A stretch of 64,000 bases of DNA from Dimorphilus gyrociliatus. Lineage: Eukaryota; Animalia; Annelida. Of the stretch, positions 12,164-27,917 are shown one piece after another (position 1 is the first letter of the stretch; each line of letters begins with the position of its first letter). The translations under genes and the position numbers were made by a program. The notes under the pieces are model-generated. The model made no database searches. It was given only the letters and a program-made list of their open reading frames with translations, and had not been told where the DNA came from. Location: assembly GCA_904063045.1 (NCBI GenBank), contig CAJFCJ010000006.1, forward strand, positions 3,302,408 through 3,366,407, in the 5' to 3' direction.

Positions 12164-13633
12164 TTAGGATATATGAATTTTCCTAACTGATGTTCGAGCC
12201 TCTACAGCTGAAACTTGCAGAGGCCATGCTCCACCTATAACTCCTGCCTGAACTGCAACGCCACTAACGACAGCTAATTCCGGGTCAATGCTCGTATTAG
12301 GCTTTTTACCAAAAAATTCAGCTAATAATTTACGTACGGACGGTGTCCTTGTCGAGCCTCCAACTAGAACAACCTCATCGATATCTTCTGGCTCCATTTT
12401 AACAAAATCAATAACCCGCTTAATTGGTTCGAGTACCTTTTTTACCAGGTCACTAATAAGATCTTCAAAAATCTCTCTTTTGATTGTAAAATGAAAAGTC
12501 TCGCCATTGAGAGTTTTTAATGGTAAGACTATCTTTGACGTCATCTCTGATGACAACACCCTTTTAGTTTTCTCAACTAACATTCTCAATGAGTTTATAT
12601 CCGATAAATCCAGTGTATTTATTTTGTATTTCTGCTTGATCTGAGTAATTAAATATTGCAACAACCTTTCATTGAAATCTTGACCACCAAGATGATTATT
12701 ACCAGCCATACCCATCGTGATAAACATCCCTCCTTGGACATTTAATAGAGACACATCTAATGTTCCACCTCCTAGGTCAACAACCAAGACATAGGAAATA
12801 TCAGGTTTTTTATGCAAACCATAGGCCAATGCAGCAGCAGTTGGTTCGTTAATTACCCTCAATATATCTATACCAGCAATCTTTGCAGCATGAATAGTAG
12901 CGTTTCTTTGATCTTCATTAAATTCGGCGGGCACTGACATTACTCCTAAAGTAACCTTCTTTTCTAATGCTTTCTCAGCAGTTGATTTCAAGTTATCTAT
13001 TACTCTCGATCCAATAAACTCAGGACTGACTAAAGTATCAATATCTTTTGGTTTCTCAACGAGCTTATATCTTATTTGACCGTACTCGTCAGCTACCATT
13101 TGAAATGAGTATCTTGAAGCTTCTTTTTCTAATTCTGACTTTTTAAACTTTTTACCAATGAATCGTTTGGCGTCATATATAGTGCTATCTGGAGAGCCTA
13201 TAGCTTGAGCTTTATACCCAACAACCACGTCATTTTCACTAAATGCCACAACGCTTGGAATGCATTGATCCCCGTCTCTATTTTCTAGTATCTTTACTTT
13301 TCCCGTTCCAGCTTGATAGACACCCACGCACGAATATGTTGTTCCTAATAGTAGAAATATTCGAATGGTATTTTGTAAAAGAAAAACAACAGTTACTCTT
13401 TACCTAAATCTATTCCAACTATGCCGGGCTTGGGAGGTGGTAGAAATTTTTGGGACATGTATCCAGCGAAAAGCACCGCTAATATCGATCCACCTGATGA
13501 GCGTTTAAAATGAAATTATGAAGTATAAAACAATTGTTTTAAAACATTTAATCTACAAAGTTTTTAAATATTCTAATAGGATCCTATCTTTATAAATATA
13601 ATAACCGATTATTGTTATAGTAGTTGAGGACAT
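12164..13633 (-). CDS. HSPA13: Heat shock 70 kDa protein 13 (STCH), 3 exons
   Basis: N-terminal signal anchor MSSTTITIIG/GSILAVLFAGYMSQKFLPPPKP; GIDLGTTYSCVG, LRVINEPTAAALAYG, DLGGGTLDVS; truncated C-terminus GGAWPLQVSAVE typical of STCH. Confidence 0.93.
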
Positions 13634-13784
13634 AGCTAATTCAAGAACCAGCTGTTTCGTATTCTCGAGTTAATTTTTTGTCATCGTAGCATAACGACTA
13701 TTTTACATATATCAAAGAAAACTGGTAAATTAGGGTGAAGGTCGTAATATTTCACAAATATTTTTGGGTAAGTTAATGTTTTAA

Positions 13785-14378
13785 ATGGCTTCTTCCTATG
13801 AAGAAATAAGCTTTAATCTTTCATCGGATCTGATTAAATATCTAAAAAGTGTATGCGAATCCGGGGAACTATCAAAATCTAATTGTGATCGATTATTGAA
13901 GCTTATCGAAGAGAATGATAGCATTCCATTGTCACTTTTGTATGAAACGACTTCACAAATTAATGGAAAAGGACTTAATCAGGCGCTATTGACTACAGAA
14001 ATGATTATTCCAAGTCCGAAACCTCCTCAGAGAAGTAAGGAGCTAGAAGACCGCTTAGTTCGCTTAAGATTGGAAGCTGAAGAAAGAGAGTACAAGCAAA
14101 TGACAAAGAATGTCAGTCTATCATCAAATGCAGAATCAATAGCATCTGATTTCGCTAAATCTCAGAAAGAAATGAACAAACAAATTATGATGATGTTTAA
14201 TTTTATGGGTACCGTAATCGGTTCAGCAGTTTTTGCTTACGTTGTTAGCGGTTCAATTATGGGAGAAGGAAACATAAGTTTCCAAATGTTAGCTGCCCTA
14301 CTTACAGGAACTTTAGTGTTTTTCGCTGATTTGTATTTCATTGTCAAAGCTGATAGTCAGTCGGAAAAGAAGAACTAA
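13785..14378 (+). CDS. TMEM199: V-ATPase assembly factor VMA12/TMEM199, intronless
   Basis: PKPPQRSKELEDRLVRLRLEAEEREYKQMTKNV motif followed by two TM helices; 197 aa single ORF. Confidence 0.88.
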   Translation: MASSYEEISFNLSSDLIKYLKSVCESGELSKSNCDRLLKLIEENDSIPLSLLYETTSQINGKGLNQALLTTEMIIPSPKPPQRSKELEDRLVRLRLEAEEREYKQMTKNVSLSSNAESIASDFAKSQKEMNKQIMMMFNFMGTVIGSAVFAYVVSGSIMGEGNISFQMLAALLTGTLVFFADLYFIVKADSQSEKKN

Positions 14379-14450
14379 ATACATTGTTTAATATATATTT
14401 TGCCTCTATCTTGCGAATTGGTAATGAATTTCGTAATTAACAGATTAGCC

Positions 14451-17026
14451 ATGGACTACAATCACCGGGGAAGTAGGCCTAATAGTAGTCGTAATCCTAT
14501 TACGGTTAGCTTAAAATTTTAATTCAACTAGATTTAGATGCTAAAAAAATATTTAAATTAGGGTAGAGAAATGAGAAGAACTGATGAAAGGGACAGAAGG
14601 AATCGACCTGAAGGGTAAATGATATAATTGTAAATATATCTTATGATTTCATGATTGAAGCGTTTAGGGTTCCTGCCCTCAATTTAGGAAGATTAGGCGA
14701 TGTTGGGGTAGATGTGTCGGGAACTCCGATAGAGATAGCTCCTTTGGACTATAATCTTAAAACACCGAATTCCGCTTCAACAATAAGGTAGTTGGCTTGA
14801 TCAAATACTAAAGTGTTTCATATATAAAATGGACATAGTAGTTGATATTCTAATTGTAAAAAAAAAAAAACAGCTGGGGAACTCCTAGTTCTTCTGTAAT
14901 GCATCCATACGTTTTGAAAAAGATGAAAGAAGTAAGCAAAAAAAGCATCCAAATAATATAAAAAATATTTATATGGTTTCGTTTAGAAAAATCCATCAGA
15001 TTCTAAAGTTATTCCCGATGATTTACGACCTCCATCAGCAAAGTACAGGGAGATGTATGATCAATATTCTAATGATATGAAAAACGGCTATAAGAAGCAG
15101 ATGAAAATGCCACAAACCGAAATTTCTAATGTAAATTAAGATATATTTAATAAGAATTTAGTCTTTGCTTAATTAGAAAATTTTAATCCGTAGGAAGATA
15201 TTGATAGAGAAATCGAGCGCTTAAAGATTGGACTAGAAGTTACCGATGCTGAAAGCGATCTAACAAGAGATATGATGCAGAAAACATGGACAAAACAACC
15301 TTATTCTAAGGCGCAAATGTCGAAAAGAGCTGATATGGTCAGTAAGAGAAAAGCAATCGTTCTATCATGCTGTATACCGTACAATCAGCTATTAGATTCT
15401 TATCTATCCAAACTTTTCTTTTACCCTATGATAGGAAGAATTAGCAGAGGAAAAGCGTAGGCTTAAGTTAGTTGAAACCGTCATGATTGATCAATTATCC
15501 AGGTAAATTATATTTCATTTCATGTCTATTCATCGCTGAAATTTTTTACTCTATAGGGCTGTAATTTGTGATCCGGAACAAAATGAGTTAACGCAACATA
15601 GGCCTAAAGATTTTCAAATGGGAATGAAGAAGGGTGCTTTAAGAGCACTGCACAACAGCAAGTAATTTTTTAATTTAAGCGTCAGCTGTATTTGATACTA
15701 AAGTACGTCTTTTTATAACTGACAGAGTTAAAACATCCGCCACTGCAACGGAGAATCTTTTATCACATAAAGTATCATTTGGAGCTAGAATTTTATCTCG
15801 AAATGGCAAAGATTCAATACGACAGTTAACTGGCTTCTTTTTCGGTATAGACAACAGTATTACTGTATATGAATTTAAAACCTTTGGGAAAAGGTTAGAT
15901 AATTAAATAATTATTTCTTAATCAAGAAATACTAATTAAAATATAAAACAGTTCAAAGGCTTTACCTTTTTTGAAAAGAAACGTATATAAACATTTAAAA
16001 GGACCAAGAAAAGGAGAAAACTATACAGTTCTTGATATTGTTGAAGGAAATATATTATACTTTAATACGCAAAATCAAACTCTACCGCAAACATTTAGAG
16101 AAAGCTCTATCGTTACTATGAAAGTGGGAACAACTGATAATTCTGCTCGAGAGATGCTATTGTGAGTAATTTTTTTTTAAATAGATACCTGTTGAACTTA
16201 TTGTCCTATTTTATTTCAGGAGCGAAGCTCCATCACTATCTGATAAGGAAATTGAAATTAAGCGTCTTCTATACAAAATTCAAAGTAATTAGTATCATTT
16301 GTTGAAGTCTAATTATTTTACTTTTTTGCTTTTAAGGGCTTTCTCAAAGTCAATTGAAGAGAAGAGGAATTCGAATTTTCACAGGCCTTGCCAGACATTT
16401 TCACTCCTTAGATGAAAATGGAGATGGCAAATTAAATAGATTTTGTCTTGAAAAATCACTGATAGAATTCAAACTTGAATTACCAACTGATGTAAGAATA
16501 ATAATTTCTATATTACGAGATAAATTTCCAATTATTTTCCCATTCTACCTTTAGCTACAGGACGATTTGTGGGAAATCTTGGATGAAAATAATGATGGCG
16601 TTGTCGATTATTCGGTATATATGAGAACAGTTCTGGGTTCAATGAACGAAACGAGGCATAAGATTGTTAGGAAAGCTTGGCAAAATATGGATGGTGGGTC
16701 TAATGGTACAATTCCCATAAGTACCTTAGCGAGATTTTATCACGCTTATAAACATCCCCAAGTCGTAAATAGTAAGTTTGTTGATTCAGAATAATTCGCC
16801 TTTCAACAGAAAATCAATGAAAAAAATCTCATTTTATCTTGTTTCTTTTATAGAAGAAATTAAGGAAGAGGAATGTTGTCAACAATTTTTAAATTCGTTT
16901 TCGGATGGTGTTGATCCTGGATATGTTTCGTTTCCAGAGTTTGAGCTATATTACGATGGTCTCAGTATTTGTATTGACAACGATTGCGATTTTATAAATA
17001 TTTTATCCAATTCGTGGGGAGTTTAA
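14451..17026 (+). CDS. CAPS2: Calcyphosin-2 (EF-hand protein), multi-exon
   Basis: LVETVMIDQLS/RAVICDPEQN, RQLTGFFFGIDNSITVYEF, LPFLKRNVYKHLKGPRKG; C-terminal calcyphosin EF-hands (GLARHFHSLDENGDG...FELYYDGLSICIDND...NSWGV). Confidence 0.85.
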
Positions 17027-17514
17027 ATGTAATACTTAATTTGTTAGTGTTTGTCAATATCCGTCCAAAACTTTTATTCCGTCCTGTTTACACTTAGTAT
17101 ATAATTGCTATATTTGTATATGTTAAATTGTCACCCAACATTACAGTCGTTTTAAATTGAATAAAATATATCTTCTTAGCAGAATGTGCATTGTGATATC
17201 TGTTTAAAAGTAGACGTCCAAGAAACACTGTGTCAACTAGATTTAAAGATAGTGACCGAGATTTCACAAAGAACATGTATTAACTGTAGAAAAAAACAAA
17301 AAAAAAATCAAACAAAGAGTGACAAAAGGAATTCAAAAGAAGTGGAAAGTTATTTTGTAACAAAGTATCCTTTTGGGAAAAGTGATTGTTAAAGCAGAAT
17401 AGAAATGAAATGTATAGTACTTATGAGAAATGTGAAAGATGTCTTTGTCGGGAAACAGCGATTATTTTTTCTTTATTTTCTTCTCAACTTTTTTCTCTAC
17501 TTTTCTTTCCTGCT

Positions 17515-18587
17515 TCATTTTTCTTTTTGATTCTTTTCTTTGCTCGTCTTCCCTTTTATATTTCTTATAGACAATATAGACAATATAAACGCCAAACACA
17601 GGAAAGCTGAATATAAAATAATTTGATATTTGAAATAAGAAATAATACTTTAAGTTATTGACCTTATCAATTTTAGAAATTGGAAAACTGAAACCATAAA
17701 CTTATCAACTACATTCTTTTGTTGTTTTCTTTCCAATGTAACCTCAAAAATCAAAGTCGAATCAGCTGTTTATTTTTGATAATATACTAAATGACAAATT
17801 TAGAATTTAATTATTGACGTACGTGGAATAACTGGGGGATGTCCATTGGGACCATAGGCTAAATGGGGAGGAATGGTGAGAACCCTAGTTGCACTAATAA
17901 GTAAAATAAAAATTGACAATTAACAAGATTTTATATAATTAAACAAGCTTTCATCTCTTACCCAATACACATTCCAATAATCCCTCTTTCCATACCCGGA
18001 ATTACATTTCTTGCTCCAATTTCAAACGTCAATGGCTCTCCTCTCTCTTTTGAAGAATCAAAAAGTTTTCCATTCTTCAACTTACCCTAAAAGATTTATG
18101 TTTTTAACACTGAAAAAGGGAAATGTCGTATTTTATTTATATACTAACTGTATAGTGAATAGATACCACATCGCCTACATCAACTTTATTGGAACATTCT
18201 TCTGGTCCAGACTATAAAGTACATATATACAGTATATATATAAATATATTAATATTATTGAATATTAATATTTTTATGTTTAAAAACGCTATTATAAACA
18301 AAAAATATTAATATCATATAAACAATTACTATTATAATAAACTGAAATAAAATTTGTATGAATGAAAGTGCTCCGTTATTAACAAAAAAATGCTTTTTCC
18401 ATTAAATGAAACTAGAAAAAGCCGACGTTACATGTAAGATGTTTATTCGTTGAGAGCATTTTTAAGGTTTTTATGAAATTACTACCATGTGTTTGACCGC
18501 AACATTCTCCATTGAACCGGCTTTACAATGCACATTATAAATAGTTAAAATTGCATATGTGAATATCACTAATTTCTTTAAGATCAT
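17515..18587 (-). CDS. FKBP11: FKBP-type peptidyl-prolyl isomerase 11 (ER membrane FKBP), 6 exons
   Basis: Manual splice reconstruction: signal peptide MILKKLVIFTYAILTIYNVHC; GDVVSIHYT/GKLKNGKLFDSSKERGEPLTFEIG...VIPGMERGIIGMCIG/ATRVLTIPPHLAYG...DSTLIFEV; C-terminal TM and basic tail ending IKKKK. Confidence 0.88.
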
Positions 18588-18933
18588 AACTATAATAGTA
18601 CTTCAGTTCAGCCAATATCGTTTGAGGAATATGGAATACTCTATAAAATTCAACTGGTAGACAAAGGTCAAGGCCGCTACATGTTTAGTTTTACCTGTAC
18701 CGTTTGATTAGAAGTTTTTCTCATAGGAAGAAAACGAAGAAGATCAGTATATTTTTCTGATCTTGAGATAGACGCAGAAGAATAACTGTTTTTATTAAAT
18801 GTGGACTTTCTCATTTTAAAATCGTTTGAGATCGGCGAGTTACACTCGCTAAGAGTTATCATTACCTTTTTTTTTAAAAATTTGGTAAGAGAAGAGAATC
18901 GAGATAACTGTAAGAAACACCTGAATCCAAAGA

Positions 18934-21895
18934 ATGATGAAAGAGACAATATCTTTCTCTAAAAAAACATGGACTTTTTGCTTTTTTGGTAGTTTTTTTA
19001 CCTTATCAAATGTCTTATCTCAAGGAGTCTATAAACCGGAGAGACCGTTTGACCCTCCAATTGATGTCAGACCAGATCAGAAACCACCATGGCATCCAGA
19101 CATTTTTGAAGATTCTGTGGTAGTTAGAACGGAATATGGAAAAGTAAGAGGATTTAGCGTTCCGTGGGATATATGGGATAATGACTGGCGATGGGATTGG
19201 TAAATAACTAATTATAGAATGATAAAGTTAATAAAAATTAACATGATATCCGTTTTGCTATTTAGGAATGAACAGCCGATATGGTATCAAAGAAGAATAA
19301 ATTGTTTTTTAGGTGTTCCTTATGCATCTCCGCCCGTTGGACGTTTAAGATTCAAAGTATGAGAATTATCAGATAATTGCGCTAAATGCCTAATAAACAT
19401 TTTTCATTATTTAATGCTAATAGAAAGCCGAAAGACCCGTTTGGCCTGAAACGCTAGAAGCTAGAGAGTACAAGCCAGCTTGTCCACAAACACTTGATTT
19501 CATCAAATATGATATACCGTCTTTTACTAAAGAGAATATCAGCGAGGATTGTCTATATTTAAACATCTTTACCCCTAATGTTTGTTTAATTGACTGTTTT
19601 ATTATTATACTAACTAATAACTGTACAACCTTTAAAATAGTACACGGATGTCGCTAGTAGACCATATAATTACAAGTATCCTGGTAATAATACTCTATAG
19701 AAATAGTTATATTTTACAGTTCATAATCTATTTTTTGATCCATTAGTACTTGTTTGGTTTCATGGTGGTGATTTTGTCTCCGGTACTGCTCAACAACATC
19801 CCGGTCATGTAATAGCAACGAAAGAAGTTATATATGTTTCAGTAAATTATCGTCTTGGAGCACTTGGTACAAAGATTTAATAACTATATGAAAGTGTTTG
19901 AATAACCACTCCTTCATAAACAGGGTTTTTGTCTTTGGAAGATGAATATGGACCTGGAAATTATGGTTTATGGGATCAGCATAGGGCTTTAGATTTTATA
20001 AGAAGAAATATCGAATATTTTCAAGGTAATCCAGACAATATAACTATCATTGGAGATGGAGCTGGAGCTGCTAGCGTTGGTCTGCATTTAATTTCACCAA
20101 TTTATCAAGATATTCGTAAGTAAACATTCTACTCTTTAAGCGTCTTTTCAAGATTTCGATAAAATTTTACAACTTTTCAGCCTACAAATACTTTCATAGT
20201 GCTATTTTAATGAGTGGTTCCGAAATAAGTACTTTTGGTTTAGTAGATCCATTTTGGGAACCTAAACTCTATGCTAAAAAACTCGGCGATATGTTATCTT
20301 GCCCAACTTTTGACTCTATTTTAATGATGAATTGTTTACGAGACTCTGACAAAATATCTTGGGAACAAATAGTAGAGTATCAACATAAAGTTCAACCTAA
20401 CGTATGTAAAAGCTTTCATATCTAAACATGTTTGTAATAAAAATCCCTCTATAGAACGGAAAATTGGGATATGTCTGGGGTCCAACATTAGATTCCCACT
20501 ATGCGGGAGATTATTTCCCTTTTCTGCCTCTCTACCCAAGAGATGCCAGAATTCAAAAGAAGTTTATAAGCGTTCCTATGCTTATAGGAATAAATGCTAT
20601 GGATGGTGGATATAGAGCATGTAAGTCACTTAAGCTTTTCTTCTACATTGTATATCGTAACAATATATTGACATCATCTCTTTGATATTCAAACAGCTAA
20701 ACTTGTGGGTAATTTAGAACATGGAATGTTTAAAGCGGATTTTGAAGAATTTATTGCTGATATGCTTCTCAGATGGAAAACTTTGGATATCTATAGGCCT
20801 AGAGTGCAAGAATCAATAGAATTTCAGTACACGTGGTGGCCCAATCCCGAAAATACAACTGCTAGAGCCCAGGAATTTATAAGAGTAATATATTTGTTTT
20901 AGATAGAAAAAAGGATTTACTATTAATTCTAATTGCCCTCTATAGATGATAACAGATATAGAATTTGGAGAGCCAATGGATACTGTTGTTAAGTCTAATG
21001 TTGAGGAATCACCGAGTACTTATATGTACGTATTCCACTATAGATCATGGTATAATCATCTACCATTTTGGATGGGTATGTTTTGTAATAGCAAAAACAA
21101 CATTCAAGCGTATGAAATATGTTCTGTAATATCTTTATCAGGTCAAACCCGGTCGGCTGCTGTCCCTTACATGCTGGGATTTCCGTTTTTTAACGAAACG
21201 CTTTTTAATAATTCACAAGTTATTCAACATCATTATTATGATTATGAGGATCGTAATATTAGTGATGCAATGATGAATATGTGGACCAATTTTATGAAAT
21301 ATGGGTAGGTTTTATTAATTCTAAACCAAGTCTAGAGTATTTTTTTTATTCAAACAAATTTTATTTTTAGGGAACCAACACCTAACGTCACTTATAATAT
21401 AACTTGGCATCCTTTTAATACCCATAATTTATCCTATCTCGTCCTAGACGAATGGAGCTACACGTGGTTTAATTACAGGCAAAGACATTATAGTTTTTGG
21501 AGGGATTACTTTCCAACCATAACAAAACAAGATTACTGTCAGTAACTCTGTAATATAGATTATTTAAATATTTTAACGGCCTGTTTTTATTCTCCTCTAA
21601 AGTATTCCCAACTCCGAAACCTACTCCTTTGGGTTTTGTCTATATGGTATCGACGATATCTATCGGGTCAATAGTTGCTTGTTTACTGGTCGTGGTTGTT
21701 CTGTTAGGAGTCTGCATATATTATGAGACAAGGAGAAGAAGATTGTTAAATGAATTTAGAGAACATGAACTACCAGAAACGTTCCATGTCGATACACTAT
21801 CATCGATGGGAACAATGCATACTTCACTAAGTAGCGGACCGATCGTCTATAAGAGACCTGGTTATCGAAGTAAATACCACGAGACAGAATCTTAG
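18934..21895 (+). CDS. Non-catalytic carboxylesterase/cholinesterase-like type I membrane protein (neuroligin-like), multi-exon
   Basis: FLGVPYASPPVGRLRF, SEDCLYLNIFTP, HGGDF, NYRLGALG, GNYGLWDQ; nucleophile elbow GDGAG lacks Ser; C-terminal TM and cytoplasmic tail. Confidence 0.85.
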
Positions 21896-22275
21896 CTCAA
21901 AAAGACTATATAAATTAAATATTACTGTTCAAAAAAAACAAATAATATATATCTATATATAGTAATAACAAGTCTTTTTTTACTGTTTATACGCATTGTC
22001 AAATATGAAGACTATGTCGAATACCTTGAACTATGTTGTGCATAAATTCTCGCTTGAGTATTTTAATTATTGCAAACTTTTCATAAAAATATAAGTATAA
22101 GATTAAATTTTGTTACAATAAGCATTGATTAAACAGATACTTTCTAGAATAAGCCATTATACATGATATGAAAGTGCGGAAGAAGAGGAAAGAAAGAAAG
22201 AGAGGGAGCGAGCGAGAGAATAAAAAATAAAGACAGAAAAAGAAGTGAAGAGAAAGTAATTAATGAATTTTTATT

Positions 22276-23269
22276 TTAATTTCTCAAAAGAGACCATTTA
22301 AATTGATCTTTTGCGGTTTGAAGAACCTAAAAAATCAAGTAAAAGATTTTAGCCGAATTAGTTAAAATTTATAAAAGAATTTTTCTAAATAAAATAATCA
22401 ACTTAAAATTCGTACAATTCTTCTGTTTTAGCTATAAAGTAATAATAGGATAGTGTCTTATAATCTCTTACTTGTGCAACTGTTTGCTCTCCAAGTGAAA
22501 TATCATCACCTTTAAGTGCACATCTACTTGCAATAGTTTGATAATCGTTTTCTAATATAATGCTATTTGAAAAGAAGAAATATTTAAATATATATTTTGC
22601 TGATTTTAATAAGTAATTAATAAAATACAAACCCTTGATCGCAAATTTCATCTAGTATTAAACATATGCTATCCATATTATCCAATAAACAGCTTTTTTC
22701 AACATTTTTCTTCAACAAGGAGTTAACAGAGTCATAAAGTGTCGTTAAGACACTTTGGAGAATCAACTAAACACAATAACTTTTAATATAAAATACGAAA
22801 TTAAATAAAAAGAAATAACCTCATTCTCGCTTGAACTTCCAACAACATAGAAAAATAAATCCACATTTCCTCTATAAACAATTGTCAAATTGTCTAATAT
22901 TGTTATCTCGGCTAAGTAATAAAAAGCAAAAAAATTAAAGAATGAATACCATCAAGCAGAAATAGATTTTTTTGCTTACAGCTTGCTCTATGTGTTTTAT
23001 TAAAAAGATTCTTTTCCCATTGTCTTTGTTCTTTTGTAGTTGGGAATATATCATCAAAGTACTATCGAAAGATATTTCCTTAAATAATATTAGTCAATAT
23101 TTTCTAAGAAAATTCACCTTGGCTATCATACGATTTCCATCGTTATCAAGTATTATAATTGCTTTTATCGTATAGAGGGTTGGCTCCTGCATAATTGTGC
23201 AACGAATATTTAAGCATTCTTTTGTCTTGGCATTATTGTTTATTTAGTACTTACACGAAGCAATGACAT
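22276..23269 (-). CDS. COPZ1: Coatomer subunit zeta, 7 exons
   Basis: [53 protein letters not shown]...[20 protein letters not shown]...LDEICDQG...[24 protein letters not shown]. Confidence 0.93.
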
Positions 23270-23749
23270 GTTGTCTGCTTGAGTAATGAGGGTACAATGA
23301 TTAGCTTTTCATATTGTTAGGTAATATATGGCCATCTATTGGATAATTCCTGCTTTATTTTCTCAATTAATTCAACAAAAAAATTACCCTTGATGCAAAT
23401 TTAATAGAGAACTTAAGGGACTATCATTCTCATTGTACATGTCCATAAAATAAAGCTTAGCCATAATGCAAAGTTTTATAGAAATACTGTTATTTATATA
23501 ATTTGTTTCATTATCCATGAGATGTCGACACTAGCAAGATGAAAATAAAAAACGTCAAGTGCTCGATATCAACATATAAATGTTTTATATATAATATTGA
23601 TTCAAGTAATTAAAATTTGTATTAACAAAATGATATGAATAATATTCTCAAAAAAAACCAACTTTCTTATAAAGATTTCTTTCTCTTAAAAACCATATTT
23701 CTTTTTATCACAAATAACTAAATTGGAAAAAAGGATAATTCTATGCTAT

Positions 23750-25130
23750 TTACAATCTCATAGAGTCTAATATTTCGCATTCTTTTTTCTTTTCACTTTC
23801 TTCTTGCTCAATTTGTAAAATTTCACCTGCTATTTTCTGTTTGTCATCCCCTATGGCTAGAGATAGTAAATTTTGTTTTTTCTCCTTTTCTTTTAGGAGC
23901 AAGGTTAACTCTTTTTGTATACTAAGCAATCGAGCATCGAGATCGGCTGGTAAATGAAAAGTGGAAAATAGTTTAAAGTTAGAAATAATAATTTCTGAAT
24001 TTATAAATGAAAACTTACGCATAACATCACTACCATCCTGGCTTTGTTCACCTATTGTGGAGAGTCTAGAAGAATCAAAATCTATCTCAGCTTCAGGAGC
24101 CTCTTCTTCATCATCATCCGAACTTATAGCGCCACCAAACAGCTCAGTTTCTCCGATTTGTCCTGACGCTCCTGTTGTTTCATGTTCTGTATCGGTTTCA
24201 TACACAACTTCCCATTTTATATCTATTGCATCACTATCGGCTCGAAGTAGCCGTTTTACTTCTCTTTCGATATCAGGAGCTTCTTGGTGAACTTTTTTCT
24301 TTGTCGTCCGTCTAAAACGTTTTTTTCGAACGTTCTTTAATGGTGGCGTTACTGGAAAAACATATAAATGATCTCAAATCAACTAAATAACAATTAGGCT
24401 TTCTTACATCCGTGATTGTAAATATATTTTTTTTCTCGTTGTTTTCTTTTATCAGCTGTATCCATCTCATCGTCACTATCTGACGCTATGAAGCTACAAG
24501 TTAACATCTGTTGAAAGAAGGATGTAAGATTATGATCATTTATTTGTTTTAACTTTTAAAAACCTGACAAATATCCGCAGTTTTGTACAGTGTCTTATTA
24601 TCCAAAGTTTTCCAAGATTCCAAAATGCAAGGTAAATCCATTAGCTTTAGAAAAGTGTAATTTTTATTGCAATACTTTCTCCTTTTATCCCTAAATAATC
24701 TACCTTAGCATTGTAAACGTCACCTCCGAATCGAACGTAGCCTTTTCTGCGATCATGAGGCAGTTCAATACTTAGCTTATCCTTTAAATTTTGAGCACCT
24801 GATTGAACATCATGCCGGAGAGCCATTGCTGGTCCCTAATTTTTGAGTAAACTTGTTTATGTGATTCCTTTTAACTGATTTAAGTTGTTAAAAATCTATA
24901 TTTACCGGAGGTAATCTGAGAATAAACTGTTGCTCTAAGTCAGCTGTTTCTTCTTTTTTTACTTTATTTTGAACTGGTGGTCGACCCATTGGTCCTCTTC
25001 CATCCATCTTCTGAGAACTCGATCCTCCATAATTGGACTTGTATTTTGCTCCAGATGATTTAAAGGCGGGTTTTGGTCCTTTAGAAACCTTAGGTTGGCT
25101 ATACCTGGGAGTTTTCACTTTTTTGGACAT
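23750..25130 (-). CDS. TAF7: TFIID subunit 7, 6 exons
   Basis: [67 protein letters not shown]; C-terminal coiled coil. Confidence 0.93.
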
Positions 25131-25666
25131 CCTAATTCCCTAAAATTTCTTTAAACCTCTCCGATCTGATCAAATTGTAAGTAATATATGTAAAATGCTC
25201 AAAAAACCGATAACTGACCGGTAGAAAAACTGGTAGAAATTTTGTGGTGGTATGGACAATACTAGACTCCTTAGAAGATATGTGGGAAATTGGGAGGATT
25301 TGGGAGCCACGCTTTTAGAATTTTATAGAGTAGTTTGAATGTAGCTCTTTTCTTTAGTATATTTTCTTATAACTACTTTTTCCAAATAGTACTTTAATAC
25401 TTGAAAAGAATTTGTTTCTTTTTTGTTTCATGTCTGCTCAGTCTAATAAAGTAAATTAAGAAACTCTTTTCACAAGGAGTCAAGTATCAAAAGTATATTT
25501 ATTTAATTAATTATATACATTTTCTAATTTTCATTCTTTAACCTTCTTGCCCATATTCAAGCCATATAAAAAGAAATATAAATGCCGACATTTCGAATAT
25601 TCACACTAGTGACCTCTTTCAGTAGAGTAATAAAAGTGGCGACCTCTGTGACTGTTTTACTTGCAA

Positions 25667-27917
<2,251 letters not shown>

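Noticed and set aside
17365-17373. Perfect U12-type donor GTATCCTTT on plus
   Set aside because: Lies outside any plus-strand gene model and has no matching branch point (TCCTTAAC) downstream; likely chance.
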